A stretch of 38,652 nucleotides of DNA from NCBI RefSeq assembly GCF_001194135.2, contig NC_068985.1, forward strand, positions 34,910,385 through 34,949,036, written 5' to 3'. The translations under genes were made by a program, and so were the position numbers. The notes beneath the pieces are model-generated. The model saw only the letters and a program-made list of their open reading frames with translations, had not been told where the DNA came from and did no database searches. Source of the DNA: Octopus bimaculoides (lineage: Eukaryota). This document shows positions 32,217 to 38,652 of the stretch, in pieces (position 1 is the stretch's first letter; every line of letters starts with the position of its first letter).

Positions 32217-34400
32217 CCCTTTAGTGTTGTAACTGGCCAAAATTAATTCCCCGTTATTTGTTCAAGCTTGCCGTTATCGAATTCTCGTAGCTTTGAGATA
32301 ATGTGAGATCCTTTATGCAAATATAAATACTGTGAAGTTGTTTAGACTCATGATTTTTTTCAACGTTTGAAGAGAAGAGTTTACCTTGGTTGTGAAAGAA
32401 ACAGCATCAGCAAGTAGCGATTCCAACTTTGAAGGATTTACAATTGATGATATTGAAAATATAAATGAAAACAAAAGTATTTTGTCTTCGGATGAATCCG
32501 ATATCAATATCAGTGATTATTCGTCGGATGAGGAAGATTTTAATAATGAAAGTGATGAAAATGATATCATAAACATGGCAACATGGTCAAAAATCACAAC
32601 ACCAAACACTATTTCTGATTTTACAGAAAACACTGGTCCACAACACAATTTACCTCCTGATGCTCAACCATTAGACTATCTGTTTTTATTTTTACCAGAA
32701 AGTTTTTTTGAAAATGTTGCGGAGGAAACAAACAAATATGCGCAACATTTAATTACAGATCATGGAAGAAACGATCCACTATGGAAGTCAACTAATACTG
32801 CAGAAATGAGAGCGTTTTTTACAATTAAGATTATGTTTGGTGTTAAACAGCTTCCTCGACTGTGGAACTATTGGAGTCCCGATGTAAGGTATGGCGATCC
32901 ATATATTTCGTATATAATGTCGAAGAAGAGGTATTCGAAAATATCTCAGAATTTGCATTTAACTGATTCTGCTAATGCCCCCAACAAAAACGACCCAAAC
33001 TACGATCCCCTCTACAAAGTATGTCCTGTAATCGATTTACTTGTTAATAATTATAAAACTGTGTATCTACCTGGGAAAAATCTCAGTGTAGATGAAGCCA
33101 TGATAGGCTGTAAGGGCAGAGTACATTTTCGGCAGTACATGCCTGCCAAACCTACTAAATGGGGGATCAAGGTATGGGAAGTTTGTGAATCAGAGACGGG
33201 ATATTGTGTAAACTTCAAGGGAAAAAATATAATGGGAAAAGACCGCATGGATTGGGGCATGATGTCGTATGGTCTCTTACACAACCATTTCACCATCAGC
33301 ACTGACACCTCTATTTCGACCGGTTTTTTTTCTTCAGTGGTTTTGGCTGAAAATCTTGCCTGTGTAAGTACTTACATGTGCAGTACTGTTATGGGAAACC
33401 GTAAAGGTTTACCCCATGAAATAAAAATAAAATTTTAAAAAAGAGGGGACTTTTTACAAATGCAAAAAGAAAATTTATTGATTACTGCTTTTAAAGACAA
33501 AAGACAGATTTTATTTCTGTCTTCTAATGAACAACCTGGTGTTAGTGCTGAGGGGAAACCCCTCGTGAATATTTGTTATAACAAATATATGGGTGGGGTT
33601 GATAAATCTGATCAATATCGGGAATATTACCTAGTTGGTTGACCTGGGAAGAAATGGTGGAGGTACATTTTGTGGTTTTTAGTTAATTTAACTATAGTAA
33701 ATTCATATATTGTATATGTAAAAAGCCACAAAGTACCTCCGCCACCAAAAGACTATGACTACTTGAAATTTTGGGTTGACATCGCATCTCAGTTACGTGA
33801 GGGCTTTTCTTCTAGAAAGCACAGAACTGGGAGAAAAGCAAAATTAACTGAGGTGGATGTCAGCAGAGAAAATATTGACTTCCATCAAGTCAAAAAGATA
33901 GTTTGCAGACTGTGTTCGCCGCAAAAAAGAAAAACTGCAAAAGGATTCCAGGTCGAGACTGCATATATGTGTTCGTTTTGCAAAGTGCCCTTGTGTAAAG
34001 GGTGCTTTGGACAGTTTCACGACAGAAATATGGCATAAGTGTATAATTTTGTATATTCCTTTTCATTTTATTATATAATATGTGAAAGTGAGAAATATAT
34101 ATTAATTTTCAGTATGTTACACACCTGTATTCACCTTCGTTTCACCTGTTAATGAGATTTTTTTATTAGATGCATTCTGTTATGTAAATGAATTTGTTAA
34201 ATTGTATAAGAGTGCATAGCCAATGGTATATTGAGTAGTAAAAGAGTTTTGTACTTTATTTTCAATGATAATTTTTGAATGAAATATAGAAAAAGAGTAA
34301 AATCTTCTACCGATTACACTTGTATTTTAATTAATTCAAATTAATGTACCTCATCTAGATTCAAAGTAGTTTATTTGACAGTTGTATTAAAGCAATGGCA
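32217..34400 (+). mobile_element. piggyBac element with near full-length but inactivated PGBD4-like transposase (~32386-34038)
   Basis: TTAA at 32213-16 followed by CCCTTTAG. Acidic N-terminus, LSVDEAMI, YMPAKPTKWGIKVW, YFDRFFSS (shifted frame), YNKYMGGVDKSDQ and C-terminal CRLC..CSFCKVPLCKGCF..FH. Frameshifts near 33220 and 33430 plus stops. Right TIR not clearly seen, so the end is approximate. Confidence 0.9.
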
Positions 34401-35335
34401 TAGTGGTTAATGAATAAGGCATTAACCATTATGCTATATGTAGACTATTCTTACTAAATATTTGCACCAACACTTGGTATAAAATAAAGAAAAGTGTCCT
34501 ATCTTCATTCATAGATTTATCCCCAGGTTTTAGTTAAATGTCGAACTTATTGTTAGAGAACTGCACACACACACACCCAAATGTATTTTACTTACATGAC
34601 CCTAGTAAATTGGATGAAAGAAATAATAAGTAAAGCTGGTGATCATAAGAGTTAAGTCCCCATGTGGGAATGAACTAAGCAGGAAAATGAAAAAAAACGA
34701 TTAGAATTGAACCTCTCCCTCATGATTTCATGGTGCATTAACTATTATATGACAGCTGGTAACTCAAATTCAACAGTGAAATAAGCCAATTCATAGCTAA
34801 ATTTCGAAATATCCTATTTGAATCCATGCATATGAATGAGAAAGGAAAGGGTGATGGCAAACTGGTAGTGGGATCATTTCAACTGTGTGTGAGTATATGT
34901 GTGTGTATGTATGTGTGTATGTGAGTATGTGTGTGCGTGTGCAATGGAAGTGAACATTCAATACTGAAAAGAAAAATCAAACAGCGTTTCAACTGTATGT
35001 GAATATATGTGTGTATGTGTGTGCATGTACAAGGGAAGTATGTGTGAACCAGCATTCTTTCAGTAACAAATGACGATCAATGTCACATCTCAAAAGACAA
35101 CCACTAGATAACATTGACAAGTGCATTAATTTGATTTACCATCCGTATTTATATATAAAATACTACAATTAGCCATCATTTTTGATGGCAGGGGGCCAGC
35201 GAGTTGTTTAATATTTAATTATTTTTATGCAAAGCACGTAATCATTTTCACTAACAACAAGCATTAAATAACTGTTTAAGAAATCAAGATCTCATGACAA
35301 TATCCTATGTACATTTTTATTATTTTATTTTTCAG

Positions 35336-35346
35336 ATTACCAGTGA
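35336..35346 (+). CDS. Candidate terminal coding exon of the micro-exon gene (xYQ-stop), followed by ~200-nt 3' UTR
   Basis: Strong acceptor tttttattattttatttttCAG. Phase-1 entry gives xAT TAC CAG TGA. AATAAA at 35531-35536. Confidence 0.45.
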
Positions 35347-35530
35347 TGGTCTGTGTCAGTCTCATTGTCATCATTTCATGGACTCTTCTTGCAAGGTCTA
35401 CAGATTTGGACTAAATATCTGATACTACCATAACGTTATTGATCTCTGTCTTATTTTTGTATTTAATGCATTGACAAATTCTCAATTTATTTTCAATCTT
35501 TATAAATGTCTATAAGTAAACATTTGCATC

Positions 35531-35536
35531 AATAAA
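35531..35536 (+). promoter_or_regulatory. Candidate polyadenylation signal
   Basis: AATAAA ~185 nt after the stop, followed by a T-rich tract. Weak evidence in AT-rich DNA. Confidence 0.3.
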
Positions 35537-36239
35537 GTAAACCCAGTTAAATTTCTGTATTTCTTTCCTTTTATATGAGTCACCATCATCTAAACACAGT
35601 ATGGATATTTAGCAACATGGCTATGAGTATCATTGATTTTTGAAACATTTTGGAACAGTCCCTTGAAAAATTTTTAGAATTTGAATTCACAACAATCTTC
35701 AACAAATGAGCTGCAATTATGATGGGGTTTTTTTTTTCCACATTAAACATATTCTTGAAACCATTTACAATTTCATGATCAAAGTTTGTGATGTTCACTT
35801 TATATATTTTCTGTCAATTTACTTCACTTGGATCAATGTATTCAGATTTCATTGTCACATTTATATATACATAATTTCAGAATTATTATAGTCCTTGATG
35901 TTATCAAGTTTTAAAAATAATTGTTTCAGCCCTTTTGAATCCAGGGTCAGTTTTCTTTTAAATACTCAATATATATATACACCAGTTATTTTTTACTTCT
36001 TGGTGATTGTGAGGCTATCTTTTCTGTTAACAATTTCAATAGAATTTTATTTTACTCTTTCCTAAGATACAAGAACATCCAAATCTAAATTGTTAGAATA
36101 CATAGATGTAAAAGAAACCAAACTTACAGTTTGTACATAGGTAAATGCATGTGCAAATATTTATCAAGACCCAGCAGTATCCCTCTTATATCTTATTACA
36201 GAAGGAATAAATGAATTGTTATATGAATGATATCTTTTT

Positions 36240-36730
36240 GCGGTTTAGTTCGATGAAGGGGTGTGCTTTTGGTATGCATTGCAATACTGAATAATTTGTT
36301 CCAGTCTTGTGAGCTGTTGGTAGCAAGTGCCTAGTGTATGAATAATGCTTGAGCATCAGCCACAAAAGCACAAGTAGCCTTGTAGATGCTAATGCTGATT
36401 CTCTGTAACTGCCTGAGATAGGAGATCGATGCGAAGACTTCGTCCAGACAGAGCAGGTTCAAGTCACCATCATGTTGCACATCTCTGTCTGCCTTTAGTA
36501 TTGAGAGAGATATACCCCTCTGGAGGTTAAGCAGCTCGAGCAGTGCCACTGGTGCAGGGAATTTGAGATGTAATGAATGAGTTTGACTCAAGAGACATGG
36601 AAGAAAATATTCTTAGAGTACTTTCTTCTCGCCTTCCGCCTATTGTGTGTGGCACAGGAGTGACATTTCTCATTTCTAGCATTATGGAGGACTGGGGAAA
36701 GGACATTCATGGAAAAGCTTTGGGCATAAC
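36240..36730 (-). other. Unassigned GC-richer, coding-like remnant (possibly retroelement)
   Basis: Composition differs from the flanks. The minus frame reads ...KFPAPVALLELLNLQRGISLSILKADRDVQHDGDLNLLCLDEVF... with one stop over ~120 codons. Not recognised. Confidence 0.25.
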
Positions 36731-36744
36731 CAGATCCGTGTCTG

Positions 36745-36962
36745 TTTGTGTGTTACTCTTTTACTTGTTTCAGTCATTTGACTGTGGCCATGCTGGAGCA
36801 CCGCCTTTAGTCAAGCAAATCGACCCCAAGACTTATTCTTTGTAAGCCTAGTACTTATTCTATCGGTCACTTGTGCCGAACCGCTAAGTTGCAGGGACGT
36901 AAACATGCCAAAATCGGTTGTCAAGCGATGTTGGGGGGACAAACACACACACACAAACATAT

Positions 36963-37035
<73 letters not shown>

Positions 37036-37195
37036 CGACGGGCTTCTTTCAGTTTCCGTCTACCAAATCCACTCACAAGGCTTTGGTTGGTCTGAGGCTA
37101 TAGTTGAAGACACTTGCCCAAGGTGTCATGCAGTGGGACTGAACCCAGAACCATGTGGTTGGTAAGCAAGCTACTTACCACACAGCCACTCCTAT
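36745..37195 (-). mobile_element. Full-length tRNA/CORE-type SINE with central microsatellite
   Basis: Reverse complement of the 24435-25110 element (cttttacttgtttcagtcatttgactgtggccatgctggagcacc ... cttgcccaagg..accatgtggttgg..accacacagcc). Confidence 0.85.
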
Positions 37196-37739
37196 GCCTA
37201 TAAAACTAATTTTGAATGGAATTGAAATTATGCCAGTATTCGCAAAAGTAAGTGACAAGAAACAGAAAAGTTTTTTTAAAAATAGATATTTGATTTTTGC
37301 TATAACAATACAACAGCTCAGTTTGTTTTCTTAGCACCATTGTAGGCTATATATTAACTAACTCAAAAATGCAGTCATTGTTTTTAAATAGTGCAATTGT
37401 TGCATGGAAAATGTGAAAATAAAAATTTTGTATTAAAGATTGATGTGAGAAAGATTATGCGTGCAACTGATATCGTTTCATTCACCGATTTTTCACATCA
37501 TCCATCTGAAGCATGCAAAAGAAAGCACGAAAAAAGAGAAAAATGTTATGTCTCAAGATAAACAGGAAAGGCAGAACTGTTATAGAAAGATATTCTAAAT
37601 TTAGGAAGTGTCTTGCTTGGTTCATGCTTTTCCTAATAGAGAAAATGGTTGATATATAGTTTAACTCCTGGTCACCAAAAACAAAAAAAGAAACCCAGTC
37701 TAATAGGTGTAAAATAATGTGTTTAAAATGAATATGAAT

Positions 37740-38345
37740 ATAAAAATTTGTGCAAATGGGGGTTGGTGTAGAGAGGACTTTTGGAAAATTCACAAGGTTT
37801 GATTTTTCCCTCATAACTTTCAGGAAAATGGATATGTATCGATGAAATATTATAGAAATACCGTTTAAATGGCATAGATTACGACTATAAAGAAATATGT
37901 GGGGAAAATGTTTTCTGAAGGGGTTAGGAGAATATTTCGGAAAATTCACATGATCCAATTTTTTTCCTCATAACTTTCAGGAAAATGATATCTTTTAATC
38001 AAATTCTATAGAATCACCTTTCAAACAGCTTAGATTACAGTTATAAAGAATTATGTAGGGAAAATGTTTCTGGAAGTGGGGAGGAGAGGTCTGTTGGAAA
38101 ATTCACACAATCCGTTTTTTTCCCACATTACGTTCAGAATCTAGTTTTTAGCACCCAGCCACCAAAAAAGTAAAACAAAAAATTTTAAAAAAAACAGTCT
38201 ACTAGGTGTAAAAAAAAATGTGTAGGAAACAAATATGAAAACAAAATTTTGTGCAAATGAACTGGCGTTGGGTGGGGAGGTTACATTCAGAAAATTCACA
38301 TGATCTGCTTTTTCCCTCATAACTTTCAGGAAACGGGATATCTTT
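37740..38345 (-). repeat. Tandem ~157-bp subrepeat array, inverted relative of the 1760/19095 family
   Basis: The gaaaattcaca...cataactttcaggaaa block recurs near 37783, 37940, 38096 and 38290. Confidence 0.75.
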
Positions 38346-38608
38346 TCATGTAGATTAATTGAAACCATAAATTATATGGTTTCATATTTTAATGATTGCA
38401 TTAGGAGGATATCTAACTGAAAATATTTACTCTAACAATTCTCCCAGATTAGTTCATATAGAACGAAATAAACTAAGCTTGAAGGTACAGCAGATGAAAT
38501 AACAGCTAGAAAAAGAAAACAACAAAAATACATTCACTTTTTACATATATACGTGTATCTGTATGTATTATCACAACTGTACATGTAGGTATAAATACTT
38601 TACATACA

Positions 38609-38652
<44 letters not shown>

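Noticed and set aside
32281-32400. piggyBac exon-trap fusion with the host gene (CSB-PGBD3-like)
   Set aside because: Both candidate acceptors (32290, 32345) hit a stop within a few codons in phase 1, and the transposase is frameshifted.
32386-33438. 350-aa ORF as a domesticated PGBD gene
   Set aside because: It leaves the transposase frame near 33220 and loses the later catalytic motifs to other frames with stops. It is a decayed element.
35586-35798. Minus-strand 70-aa ORF faintly like a MULE transposase segment (ITNFDHEIVNGFKNMF)
   Set aside because: The similarity is too short and weak to support a call.
1-38652. Prokaryotic systems (CRISPR, operons, defence islands)
   Set aside because: No regularly spaced repeat-spacer array or gene-dense region is present. 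The sequence is intron-rich animal DNA.

Overview
AT-rich eukaryotic genomic DNA with four N-gaps and many (TA)n/(TG)n/(CAT)n microsatellites. The repeat content resembles coleoid cephalopod/octopus DNA (inference, not shown by the sequence). Most of the window is decayed, nested transposons: CR1-like, RTE, Tx1-like and R4/Dong-like LINEs, Penelope-like elements, tRNA-derived SINEs, mariner, pogo, piggyBac and Helitrons. The listed ORFs I could interpret are TE remnants or microsatellite artefacts. Between the TEs, and missed by the ORF track, lies the probable 3' part of a + strand host gene built from tandemly duplicated, symmetric phase-1 micro-exons: 42 nt at 4245, 9729, 17851 and 23374, and 60 nt at 15396 and 17587. 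Each encodes an acidic xVE/MDxxY-type tyrosine motif, except that the 15396 copy has lost its first Tyr and keeps a second. Spliced in order to a candidate last exon at 35336, they give an open 99-aa tail with 8 Tyr (YATI, YEIV, YLCM, YAEI/YLEM, YVNI, YINV, terminal DYQ*). Two dead copies (14343, 23084) and one deleted copy (~15670) indicate birth and death of cassettes. This looks like a modular, splice-shuffleable phosphotyrosine signalling tail of a receptor or adaptor whose 5' part lies upstream of the window. Exon status and function are inferred and need transcript evidence. TE boundaries are approximate unless termini are quoted.
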